NCBI GenBank assembly: GCA_035693025.1
Contig: DASSHI010000038.1
Coordinates: 41,416-105,415 of the forward strand
Origin: Solirubrobacterales bacterium
GTDB lineage: Bacteria; Actinomycetota; Thermoleophilia; Solirubrobacterales; 70-9
DNA length: 64,000 nucleotides
Direction: 5' to 3'
The position numbers and the translations under genes were made by a program. Of the stretch, positions 43,776 through 51,589 are shown piece after piece. The stretch's first letter is position 1; every line of letters begins with the position of its first letter. Under the pieces are notes generated by a model. That model did no database searches. It saw only the letters and a program-made list of their open reading frames with translations, and was not told the origin of the DNA.

Positions 43776-46570
43776 AACGAGCTACGAGCATCGCCACCAT
43801 CCTGATCGCCCTCGCCGCCCTCCCCCCGGCCGCGGGCGCAGCCGAATTCGACAAGTACGCGATCGCCGACGCCTCGGTCTCGCTCTCCGATACCCAGGCG
43901 GGCGCCCACCCGGACCTGACCCTCGTCTTCGACCTGAGCGAAAACGCCGCAGGCGAACCCTACGCCAAGGCCCGCGACGTCGAGCTGAGGACCCCGGCGG
44001 GCTTCATCGGCAACCCGACCGCCGTGCCCGAGTGCACGGCGCTGCAGTTCGGCGCCATCCCCGACGACAACGAATGCCCGCAGGACTCCCAGATAGGCTC
44101 GATCGACATCAAGGTCGTCGGCGCCCCCAGCGGCACCTTCGCCGATGAGCCGATCTACAACATGGCGCCCCTGGGCAGCCAGGAGGCGGCGCGCTTTGGC
44201 TTCTTCGCTGCCCTCTACCCGGTGTTCGTCAACGTGCGCCTGGACCCCGAGACCCACGAGCTGGTGGAGAGCGTCGAAGCCGCCCCCACCGCCTCGGCGC
44301 TGGTGCGCTCGACCATCCGCGTCTGGGGGGTGCCGGGCGACAGCTCCCACGACCCCGAACGGATCACCCCCGAGGAGGCCGTCAGCGAAGAAGCCCCGCC
44401 CGGCGGCCGCGAATCGGGGCTCCCAGACACCCCCTTCCTGACCAATCCGACGAGCTGCGAAGCCGGTCGGCAGGTGAGCATCCTCACCGACAGCTACCAG
44501 GAACCCTCCGTGCCGCGGATTGCGGTCGTCCCCTTTCCGCAGATCAGCGGCTGCGGGCTGGTCGGCTTCAATCCCGCGACCTCGCTGAAGCCGACCACCA
44601 CCCAGGCCTCGAGCGCCACCGGCCTGGACTACGAGTTGAGCCTGCCGGCCAAGGGCCTCGAACACGCCAACCTGCTCTATGACTCAGAGCTCGAGCGCGC
44701 CCAGGTGACGCTGCCCGAAGGGCTGACGGTCAATCCCTCGGAGGCCTCAGGGCTCGGCGTGTGCTCGCAAGCCGACCTGGCGCGCGAGACCTATGACTCA
44801 GCGCCAAACGTCGGCTGCCCGGAGAGCTCGAAGATCGGCAACCTCAGCGCGACCAGCCCAGTGCTCGATCGCAGCGTCGAAGGCTCCCTGTATCTGGCAA
44901 AGCCCTACGAGAACCCCTTCGGCTCCCTGCTCGCCCTCTACATGGTGATGAAGGTCCCCGACCGCGGCGTGCTGGTGAAGCTCTCGGGCGAAGTGAGGCC
45001 AGACCCGGCGAGCGGGCAGCTCCTCGTCACCTTCGACGACGTCCCACAGCTGCCGGTGGCCGACTTTCACCTGCACTTCCGGGAAGGCTCCAGGGCGCCG
45101 CTGATCACCCCCCGCACCTGCGGCTCCTACACCACCGCCTCCACCTTCACTCCCTGGGCTTCGCCCGCCAGCTCGCTGACGAGGCTGAACGCCTTCCAGG
45201 TCGAATCGGGCCCCGACCACGGCCCCTGCCCGGCGGGGGGGACGCCGCCGTTTGAGCCGGGCTTCCAAGCGGGCACCGAGAGCAACGCCGCGGGGTCCTT
45301 CTCGCCGGTCGACATGCGGCTGACCCGCCGCGACGGCGACCAGGACATCACCCGCTTCTCCGCCACCCTGCCCGAGGGGCTCGCCGGCGTCCTCGCCGGC
45401 CTCACCCAGTGCCCGGACTCGGCGATCGCCCAGGCGCGCGGCCGCACCGGTCAAAACGGCGGCCACGAAGAGCTGGCGAACCCCTCCTGCCCGGCCTCCT
45501 CTGAGCTCGGACACGTCCTGGCGGGCGCGGGTGTCGGCGACGTGCTCACCTGGGCCGAAGGCAAGATCTACCTGGCCGGCCCCTACAACGGCGCCCCCCT
45601 GAGCGTCGTCGCGATCGTCCCCGCGGTCGCCGGGCCCTTCGACGTCGGCACCGTGGTCACCCGCGAGGCATTGCGCGTGGACCCGCGCACGGCGCAGGTC
45701 GAGGTCGACGGCTCGGCTTCCGATCCGATCCCCCACATCCTCGCCGGCATCCCGCTGACCGTGCGCGACCTGCGCGTCCATGTCGACCGCCCCCGCTTCA
45801 CCTACAACCCCACGAGCTGTGAGCCGCTGTCGGTCGAAGCGACCGCCTGGGGAGGCGGCAGCAACGTCTTCAGCTCCCTCGACGACTCCCCCCACGGCCT
45901 TTCGGAACGCTTCCAGGCCGCCGACTGCGCCGCCCTGGGCTTCAAGCCGCGTCTGGGCCTGACCCTGAAGGGCGGCGGCACCCGCCGCGGCGGCCACCCC
46001 GCGCTCACCGGCGTCTACCGCCCGCGCAAGGGCAACGCCAACCTGAAGAAGCTCGTCCTGCGCCTGCCGCATTCGGCCTTCCTCGACCAGGCCCACATAA
46101 GGACGATCTGCACCAGGGTGCAGTTCGCCGCCGGGGCGGGCAACGGCGCCGATTGCCCCAAGGGCGCGGTCTACGGCCACGTCACCGTCTTCACCCCGGT
46201 GCTCGACGAACCGCTGAAGGGCTCGGTCTACCTGCGCTCCTCCAACCACAACCTGCCGGACTTCGTAGCGGCCGTGCACGGCCTGGTCGACATCGAAGTC
46301 GTCGCCCGCATCGACTCGGTGCACGGCGGCATCCGCGCCACCTTCACCAACCTCCCCGACGCCCCGCTGAGCAAGGTCGTCGTCCGCATGCAGGGCGGCA
46401 AGAAGGGGCTGATAATCAACTCCAAGAACCTCTGCTTCAAGGCGAAGCGCAACCGCGCCAACGCGGCCTTCGAAGGCCACAACGGGCGCCGCCACGCGAT
46501 CAAGCCCGTGGTGCGGGCGGTGGGGTGCGGGAAGGCGCACCGGCGGCACCGCGGGCGAGTCCCCCGCTAG
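43772..46570 (+). CDS. Large secreted protein built of four tandem Cys-containing modules, basic C-terminal tail
   Basis: The ATG at 43772 has an ATGA overlap with the upstream stop and follows GAGGGAGGAG. Signal peptide ILIALAALPPAAGAA. A module of about 200-230 aa is repeated four times (see findings). Confidence 0.75.
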   Translation: MKRATSIATILIALAALPPAAGAAEFDKYAIADASVSLSDTQAGAHPDLTLVFDLSENAAGEPYAKARDVELRTPAGFIGNPTAVPECTALQFGAIPDDNECPQDSQIGSIDIKVVGAPSGTFADEPIYNMAPLGSQEAARFGFFAALYPVFVNVRLDPETHELVESVEAAPTASALVRSTIRVWGVPGDSSHDPERITPEEAVSEEAPPGGRESGLPDTPFLTNPTSCEAGRQVSILTDSYQEPSVPRIAVVPFPQISGCGLVGFNPATSLKPTTTQASSATGLDYELSLPAKGLEHANLLYDSELERAQVTLPEGLTVNPSEASGLGVCSQADLARETYDSAPNVGCPESSKIGNLSATSPVLDRSVEGSLYLAKPYENPFGSLLALYMVMKVPDRGVLVKLSGEVRPDPASGQLLVTFDDVPQLPVADFHLHFREGSRAPLITPRTCGSYTTASTFTPWASPASSLTRLNAFQVESGPDHGPCPAGGTPPFEPGFQAGTESNAAGSFSPVDMRLTRRDGDQDITRFSATLPEGLAGVLAGLTQCPDSAIAQARGRTGQNGGHEELANPSCPASSELGHVLAGAGVGDVLTWAEGKIYLAGPYNGAPLSVVAIVPAVAGPFDVGTVVTREALRVDPRTAQVEVDGSASDPIPHILAGIPLTVRDLRVHVDRPRFTYNPTSCEPLSVEATAWGGGSNVFSSLDDSPHGLSERFQAADCAALGFKPRLGLTLKGGGTRRGGHPALTGVYRPRKGNANLKKLVLRLPHSAFLDQAHIRTICTRVQFAAGAGNGADCPKGAVYGHVTVFTPVLDEPLKGSVYLRSSNHNLPDFVAAVHGLVDIEVVARIDSVHGGIRATFTNLPDAPLSKVVVRMQGGKKGLIINSKNLCFKAKRNRANAAFEGHNGRRHAIKPVVRAVGCGKAHRRHRGRVPR

Positions 46571-46835
46571 GGGGTGGCCTCGAGCAGCTCGGCCTCGAAC
46601 TCGGGCACGCCCTGCCGGTTAGCCCTTCCCCGCCCGAGGAAGGTCGCCTCTGGCCGCCGCTGCGACTGTGCTGGTGCCGGACTTTGATCGCCGGGCCGTG
46701 GGGCCGGTTCGATCAAGTAGCCCCGAGGGGCAGCGCATCTGCGTGGCAGTTTGAACGGACCTCGGAGATGACCGATTCCTGCGCTCGCGCCGCCGTCGAC
46801 CCCCTGGCGCAACCGCAGCCGTCGTCTGCGAGACC

Positions 46836-46845
46836 TTCTGTCTAC
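46836..46845 (+). promoter_or_regulatory. TTCTGTCTAC motif, copy upstream of microprotein A
   Basis: Identical 10-mer at 48402-48411 (+). TTCTGCCTAC occurs on the minus strand at 48359-48368. Confidence 0.45.
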
Positions 46846-46865
46846 AATCTGTCATCATGTACCGC

Positions 46866-47087
46866 ATGGATTGGACTGACGGCCGTCTCCAGGAGCGCTT
46901 CGACTCGATTGATCACCGATTCGATGACGTCAATCGTCGTTTCAACCAGGTCGATCGCCGCTTCGACAAGGTCGACACGAAGCTTCAGCGCGTCAACGAC
47001 CGGCTCGACGGGCTCCATCGTGTCCTCATGCAGATCGGTGGCGGGATCTTCGTCGCGCTGCTTGGCCTGATCGCTACACAGCTCTGA
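46866..47087 (+). CDS. Heptad-repeat tail-anchored microprotein A
   Basis: MDWTD.. followed by about six RFDxVDx heptads and a C-terminal TM segment GGGIFVALLGLIATQL. Paralog of 48433-48624. The second ATG was chosen by alignment with the paralog. Confidence 0.6.
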   Translation: MDWTDGRLQERFDSIDHRFDDVNRRFNQVDRRFDKVDTKLQRVNDRLDGLHRVLMQIGGGIFVALLGLIATQL

Positions 47088-47104
47088 TCGGCATCTGGCC
47101 GGAC

Positions 47105-47776
47105 TCAGGCGGTATCGCCTGGCTCGACCGGTGCCACGAAGGTGCGGGTACCCACCCGCACTCCGATCGCCCGCGTCCGCGAGAGGTCCAAGGCTGCGCT
47201 GAGCACCGCGTCGGAGTCATCGCCCCAGCGGTAGCGGAAGGAGCCGGCCGATTGGCGGAGGCCGTTTGGCCCGCGGACGAAGACGCGGCAGAGGGTGCCC
47301 GAGGGGGCTCCCTTCACGTACATGTGGATCTCGGTGCCGAAGGCGTGCGGCTCCAGGGTGGCGGATATGTGCAGGCCGGGGGGTAGGGATCGGAAGGCGA
47401 CCTGCTGCTCCGGGGTGGAGCTGCCGCCGCCGGGCAGGATGAATAGCGCCAGCGCCGTCGCGGCCAGGGCGGCGGTCGCACCGCCGAAGGCGAAGCCCAG
47501 GCGCCGGCGCCGCTTTTGTTGCGCGCGCCGCTCGGTGCGGATCGTCGCCACCACGCGATCGGCCAGGGACGGGGGCGCCGCCGGCGCGGTGTCGAAGTGC
47601 GCCGGGTCGGCAAGTGGCAGCAGCCGCGCGACGCCGCCCAGCGACTCGAGCTCGGCGCGGCACTCGGGGCAGCCTTCGAGGTGCGCCTCGAGCGCCGCGC
47701 GTTCCTCCTCCGGCAGTTGTCCCAGCGCGTGCGCGCCGAGCGAGATGCGCCACTCCCTGCAGTTCTCAGTCGTCAT
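47105..47776 (-). CDS. Anti-sigma factor (zf-HC2, single TM, extracytoplasmic domain)
   Basis: HLEGCPECRAELE (H-x3-C-x2-C), a central TM segment and an 11-nt overlap with the sigma gene. Confidence 0.8.
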   Translation of the reverse strand: MTTENCREWRISLGAHALGQLPEEERAALEAHLEGCPECRAELESLGGVARLLPLADPAHFDTAPAAPPSLADRVVATIRTERRAQQKRRRRLGFAFGGATAALAATALALFILPGGGSSTPEQQVAFRSLPPGLHISATLEPHAFGTEIHMYVKGAPSGTLCRVFVRGPNGLRQSAGSFRYRWGDDSDAVLSAALDLSRTRAIGVRVGTRTFVAPVEPGDTA

Positions 47777-48275
47777 AGCCGATCTCCTCCAGCGCGACCC
47801 GCAGTGCCCGCAGTCCGTAGTAGACGCGGCTCTTGATCGTGCCCTCGGGCACGCCCAATTCGGTCGCCACCTCGGCGTAGGGACGCCCCTTGTAATAGGT
47901 CTCGACCAGGACCTGGCGGTGCTGGTCCCCGATCCGCCGCATCGCCTCCTCGACCTGCCAGGAGAGCAGCGCCTCGTCGAGCGGCTCGACGGTCGGCTCG
48001 ATTCCGCCCTCGGCGACCGTCGGCCGAGAGGCACGCGCCCGGCTGAGGTCGATCACGACGTTGCGCAGGATCGCGAACAGCCACGTGCGCAGCGAGCCGA
48101 TCTGCGGGTCGAAGCGGGCGCCCGCCCGCCAGGCACGCACGAACGTCTCCTGCACGGCCTCCTCGGCCAGGCCCGCGTCTCCCAGCGAGCGCACGGCGAA
48201 GCCGTACAGCTCGCCGGCATGCGCGGAGTAGGCCTCGCGCACGCCACGCTCGTCGCTGAGCGCGCCGGGCGGCAT
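47766..48275 (-). CDS. ECF-type RNA polymerase sigma-70 family factor
   Basis: Region 2 AEEAVQETFVRAWR ... LRTWLFAILRNVVID. Region 4 YAEVATELGVPEGTIKSRVYYGLRALR. Confidence 0.9.
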   Translation of the reverse strand: MPPGALSDERGVREAYSAHAGELYGFAVRSLGDAGLAEEAVQETFVRAWRAGARFDPQIGSLRTWLFAILRNVVIDLSRARASRPTVAEGGIEPTVEPLDEALLSWQVEEAMRRIGDQHRQVLVETYYKGRPYAEVATELGVPEGTIKSRVYYGLRALRVALEEIGYDD

Positions 48276-48348
48276 TCAGGCGGAGCCTTCGGCTTGCTGG
48301 GCGTTCACACTTCGGTGTACTTGCATACGCCCTCGCTGGTTCAGTTCA

Positions 48349-48368
48349 GGCACGAAGCGTAGGCAGAA
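48349..48368 (-). promoter_or_regulatory. TTCTGCCTACGCTTCGTGCC motif upstream of the ECF sigma gene
   Basis: The minus-strand sequence matches the plus-strand TTCTGTCTACGCTT-GTGCC at 48402-48420, with one substitution and one indel. Confidence 0.45.
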
Positions 48369-48401
48369 GATTCTAATTCCGCGCACAACTCGCGCGAGGT
48401 G

Positions 48402-48411
48402 TTCTGTCTAC
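48402..48411 (+). promoter_or_regulatory. TTCTGTCTAC motif, copy upstream of microprotein B
   Basis: Same spacing to the ATG (within 1 nt) as copy A. The downstream CATCAT..TA.CGCATGG is also conserved. Confidence 0.45.
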
Positions 48412-48432
48412 GCTTGTGCCATCATTTATCGC

Positions 48433-48624
48433 ATGGGCTGGACCGACGAGCGAATGGACGATTTTCGCGACGGTGTCGAACGGCGCTTCGACGCCGTCGA
48501 TCGGCACCTTGACCGGCTTGACGATCGCTTCGATTCGCTGCAAAGGACACTCATCCTCACCGGCGGCGGCATCATCGCCACCCTCATCGCGGGAATCGTC
48601 AGCGTGTTCGTGACGCAGCTGTGA
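48433..48624 (+). CDS. Heptad-repeat tail-anchored microprotein B
   Basis: MGWTDERMDDFRDGVERRFDAVDRHLDRLDDRFDSLQRTL plus a TM segment GGGIIATLIAGIVSVFVTQL. Confidence 0.6.
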   Translation: MGWTDERMDDFRDGVERRFDAVDRHLDRLDDRFDSLQRTLILTGGGIIATLIAGIVSVFVTQL

Positions 48625-48649
48625 AGGCGGCGCCCCGACGGCGCCGCCT
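48625..48649. terminator. Bidirectional GC hairpin between convergent genes
   Basis: AGGCGGCGCC-CCGAC-GGCGCCGCCT, a 10-bp perfect stem. Confidence 0.55.
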
Positions 48650-48655
48650 CACCGC

Positions 48656-48802
48656 CTATTCGAGTTTGCCGATCTTGAAGATTTTGGTGCCGCAGTCGGG
48701 GCAGGTGCCTTGAATCGCCGGGCGACCGTTTTTCATCGTCACCTGTTTGGCGTCTTTGATCTCGACCTTCTTGCGCTCCTTGACGCAGTAACCCTCTGGC
48801 AT
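48656..48802 (-). CDS. Small zinc-ribbon protein (DUF5679-like), below the ORF-track size cutoff
   Basis: Hand translation: MPEGYCVKERKKVEIKDAKQVTMKNGRPAIQGTCPDCGTKIFKIGKLE (48 aa). Cys-x..Cys-x2-Cys pattern. GGAGA lies upstream of the ATG. Confidence 0.6.
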   Translation of the reverse strand: MPEGYCVKERKKVEIKDAKQVTMKNGRPAIQGTCPDCGTKIFKIGKLE

Positions 48803-48922
48803 GGGGTCTCCTTTCGTTGCCGCTCCGGGCAAGACTCGCGTTGGGCGCGAGGTGGATTGCGGCGAATGTAACGCAGGCGGGGGACGGCTACAGGCACAAA
48901 CGTGCCAAATGCCACAAAGGCG

Positions 48923-49399
48923 TCATTCGCTTGCTTCCGCTTTTTCTTTGGCCTGCTGGAGCAGTTCCTGCAGCTGGGCGCTGCTTGCCGCGCCGCCGGT
49001 CGCCCCGGGCGGGATGCCGGGGACGGTCCCCGTGGTGCCTCCCCCTGCGCCGTTGCTCGATCCGCCGTCGGTCGATCCACTGCCGCCGTGGCCCTTGCCA
49101 CCGCTTTCCGATCCGGGCGTCTGTCCTTCGGGGGCCGGCGCCGCTTCCGCTTCCGGTTCGGCTTCCACCGGCGGCGTCGTCGCGCCGGCCGAGACTTCGT
49201 CGATCCGCGTTTCGAGCTTTTCCTGCAGCGCCCGCACGTCGCTTTCGCTGACCGAGCTTTCGCGCGCGTCGATCGCCAGGTAGATCGCCGCCCCGCCGAG
49301 CCCGATCGCGATCAGGGCGAGGACGAGGAAGACGCGCGTGCGCTTGCCGAGCTTGCGCTCCACCTCCCCGATCCATGCCCGCAATCCCTCCAGCGACAT
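48923..49399 (-). CDS. Hypothetical single-pass membrane protein with Gly/Pro-rich low-complexity region
   Basis: TM segment VFLVLALIAIGLGGAAIYLAI, coding-like GC3 bias and no recognised domain. Confidence 0.5.
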   Translation of the reverse strand: MSLEGLRAWIGEVERKLGKRTRVFLVLALIAIGLGGAAIYLAIDARESSVSESDVRALQEKLETRIDEVSAGATTPPVEAEPEAEAAPAPEGQTPGSESGGKGHGGSGSTDGGSSNGAGGGTTGTVPGIPPGATGGAASSAQLQELLQQAKEKAEASE

Positions 49400-49489
49400 C
49401 GCCCTAACTTAATCGAGAATCGCGCCGGAGAGCCGGGTCAAATACCCTGCGGGCCGCACTTCCCACCCCGAATCAAGGAGAGTCCCCGC

Positions 49490-50647
49490 ATGCCCGAGGC
49501 AGTCATAGTCGACACCATCCGCACGCCGATCGGCCGTGCCTTCAAGGGCTCGCTGGCCCAGCTGCGCCCCGACGAGATGGGGGCCTACGTCGTCGACGAG
49601 CTGCTCTCGCGCAACCCTGAGGTCGACCCGGCCTCGGTCGAAGACCTCTTCTGCGGCTGCGGCATGCCGCAGGGCCTGCAGGCCTTCAACATCGGCCGCA
49701 TCGTCAGCCTGCTCTCCGAGAAGCTGCCGCAAGAGGTCAACGGCGTCACGGTCTCCCGCTACTGCTCCTCCAGCCTCGACGCGATCCGCCATGCCGGCAA
49801 CGCGATCAAGGCCGGCGAGGGCGACGTCTACATCGCCGCCGGGGTCGAGTGGGTGAGCCGCTACAACGAGCGCACCGAGCCCGCCGGCGCCGCCGACCAG
49901 AACGAGAACCTGCAGGGCAACGACGGCCAGCCCAACGCCTACATCGAGATGGGCAAGACCGCGGTCAACGTCGCCGAAAAATACGAGGTCAGCCGCGCCG
50001 ACATGGACAAGTTCGCGCAGCGCTCGCAGGAACTGGCCGTGCAGTCCCAAGAGGACGGCTTCTTCGACCGCGAGATCGTCCCGGTGAAGCTGCCCGACGG
50101 CAGCGAGGTCGCCAAGGACGACGGCCCGCGCGCCAGCTCGACCCTGGAGAAGCTCTCCCAACTGGAGGAGTCCTTCGGCGGCGGCGGCGTCACCGCCGGC
50201 AACTCCTGCCCGCTCAACGACGGCGCCGCCGCGGTCCTGCTGATGAGCGACACGAAGGCGAAGGAGCTGGGGCTGACCCCGCGCGCCCGCATCGTCACCG
50301 CCGCCACCTACGGCAACGAGCCCGAGTACATGGGCGTCGCCCCGATCGGCGCGGTGAAGAAGGTGCTCGAGCGCTCCGGGATGACGATGGACGACGTCGA
50401 CGTGGTCGAGCTCAACGAGGCCTTCGCCGCCCAGGTGATCCCGATCATGGACGAGTGCGACATCCCGCTGGAGAAGCTCAACACCCACGGCGGCGCGATC
50501 GCCCTCGGCCATCCCTTCGGCATGACCGGTGCCCGCATCATGGGCACCCTGCTCAACGTGATGGAGACCGACGACCACCAGGTCGGCATCGAGACCATGT
50601 GCGTCGCCGGGGGTCAGGGCAAGGCGATGCTCATAGAAAGGGTCTGA
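49490..50647 (+). CDS. Acetyl-CoA C-acyltransferase (thiolase)
   Basis: ATG after AAGGAGAG. Active-site sequences VSRYCSSSLDA, NEAFAAQV, GHPFGMTGAR and CVAGGQG. Confidence 0.9.
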   Translation: MPEAVIVDTIRTPIGRAFKGSLAQLRPDEMGAYVVDELLSRNPEVDPASVEDLFCGCGMPQGLQAFNIGRIVSLLSEKLPQEVNGVTVSRYCSSSLDAIRHAGNAIKAGEGDVYIAAGVEWVSRYNERTEPAGAADQNENLQGNDGQPNAYIEMGKTAVNVAEKYEVSRADMDKFAQRSQELAVQSQEDGFFDREIVPVKLPDGSEVAKDDGPRASSTLEKLSQLEESFGGGGVTAGNSCPLNDGAAAVLLMSDTKAKELGLTPRARIVTAATYGNEPEYMGVAPIGAVKKVLERSGMTMDDVDVVELNEAFAAQVIPIMDECDIPLEKLNTHGGAIALGHPFGMTGARIMGTLLNVMETDDHQVGIETMCVAGGQGKAMLIERV

Positions 50648-50666
50648 GAGCCTCGCCGGTCCGCTC

Positions 50667-51578
50667 GTGGAGACGCTCACCTACGAAACGACCGGCCGGG
50701 TCGCGCGCATAACGCTTGACCGGCCCGAGCGGGGCAACGGGATCGTGCCGCGGATGCCGGTCGAGATCGCGGCCTGCGTCGAGCGCGCCAACCTCGATCC
50801 GGAGGTCCACGTCATCGCCCTCGCCGGCAACGGCACCGGCTTCTGCGGCGGCTACGACCTCGTCGCCTCGGCCGAGGGCGACATGAGCGACCTCGGAGAG
50901 GGGCTCGAGGCGCCGCCCGGCTCGCCGCTGGACCCGGCGACGATCGGCGCCAACCACATGCCGGAGTCCGATTGGGACCCGGTTACCGACTTCCAGTTCA
51001 TGTGGCGCAACGTGCGCGGCTTCATGTCGCTCTTCCATTCCGAGAAGCCGGTGATCTGCAAGGTGCACGGCTACTGCGTCGCCGGCGGCACCGATATGGC
51101 GCTCTGCTCGGATTTGCTGGTGATCGGTGCCGACGCCAAGATCGGCTACCCGCCGGCCCGCGTCTGGGGCTCGCCGACGACGGCGCTGTGGGCGGCGCGG
51201 CTGGGGCCGATGCGGGCCAAGCGCCTGCTGTTGACCGGCGACTCGCTCAGCGGCGAGCAGGCCGAGGAGTGGGGGCTGGCGACCGAGTCGGCTCCGCCGG
51301 AGGAGCTCGACGCTCGCTTCGAGTCGCTGGTCGAGCGCGTCGCCCGCCTGCCGATCAACCAGCTGGTGATGATGAAGATGCTGGTCAACCAGTCGCTCTA
51401 CTCGCAGGGGCTGCAGCAGACCCAGCTGCTCGGCACCTTCTTCGACGGGATCGCCCGCCACACCGCCGAGGGCCACGAGTTCGTCCGCCGCGCCGCGGAG
51501 GGCGGCTTCAAGCAGGCGGTGCGGCAGCGCGACGAGCCCTTCGGCGACTACGGCCTCGGCGGCGCCGGCGTGAAGTAG
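50667..51578 (+). CDS. Enoyl-CoA hydratase/isomerase (crotonase) family protein
   Basis: ITLDRPERGNGI ... GNGTGFCGGYDL ... VHGYCVAGGTDMAL. Confidence 0.85.
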   Translation: METLTYETTGRVARITLDRPERGNGIVPRMPVEIAACVERANLDPEVHVIALAGNGTGFCGGYDLVASAEGDMSDLGEGLEAPPGSPLDPATIGANHMPESDWDPVTDFQFMWRNVRGFMSLFHSEKPVICKVHGYCVAGGTDMALCSDLLVIGADAKIGYPPARVWGSPTTALWAARLGPMRAKRLLLTGDSLSGEQAEEWGLATESAPPEELDARFESLVERVARLPINQLVMMKMLVNQSLYSQGLQQTQLLGTFFDGIARHTAEGHEFVRRAAEGGFKQAVRQRDEPFGDYGLGGAGVK

Positions 51579-51589
51579 GGTCGTCCGCG

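Noticed and set aside
46567-46867. Minus-strand ORFs 46567-46812 and 46619-46867 as genes.
   Set aside because: They overlap each other in different frames and are Arg/Pro/Gly-rich. They have no start context or recognisable domain. The region is treated as non-coding or a possible gene remnant.
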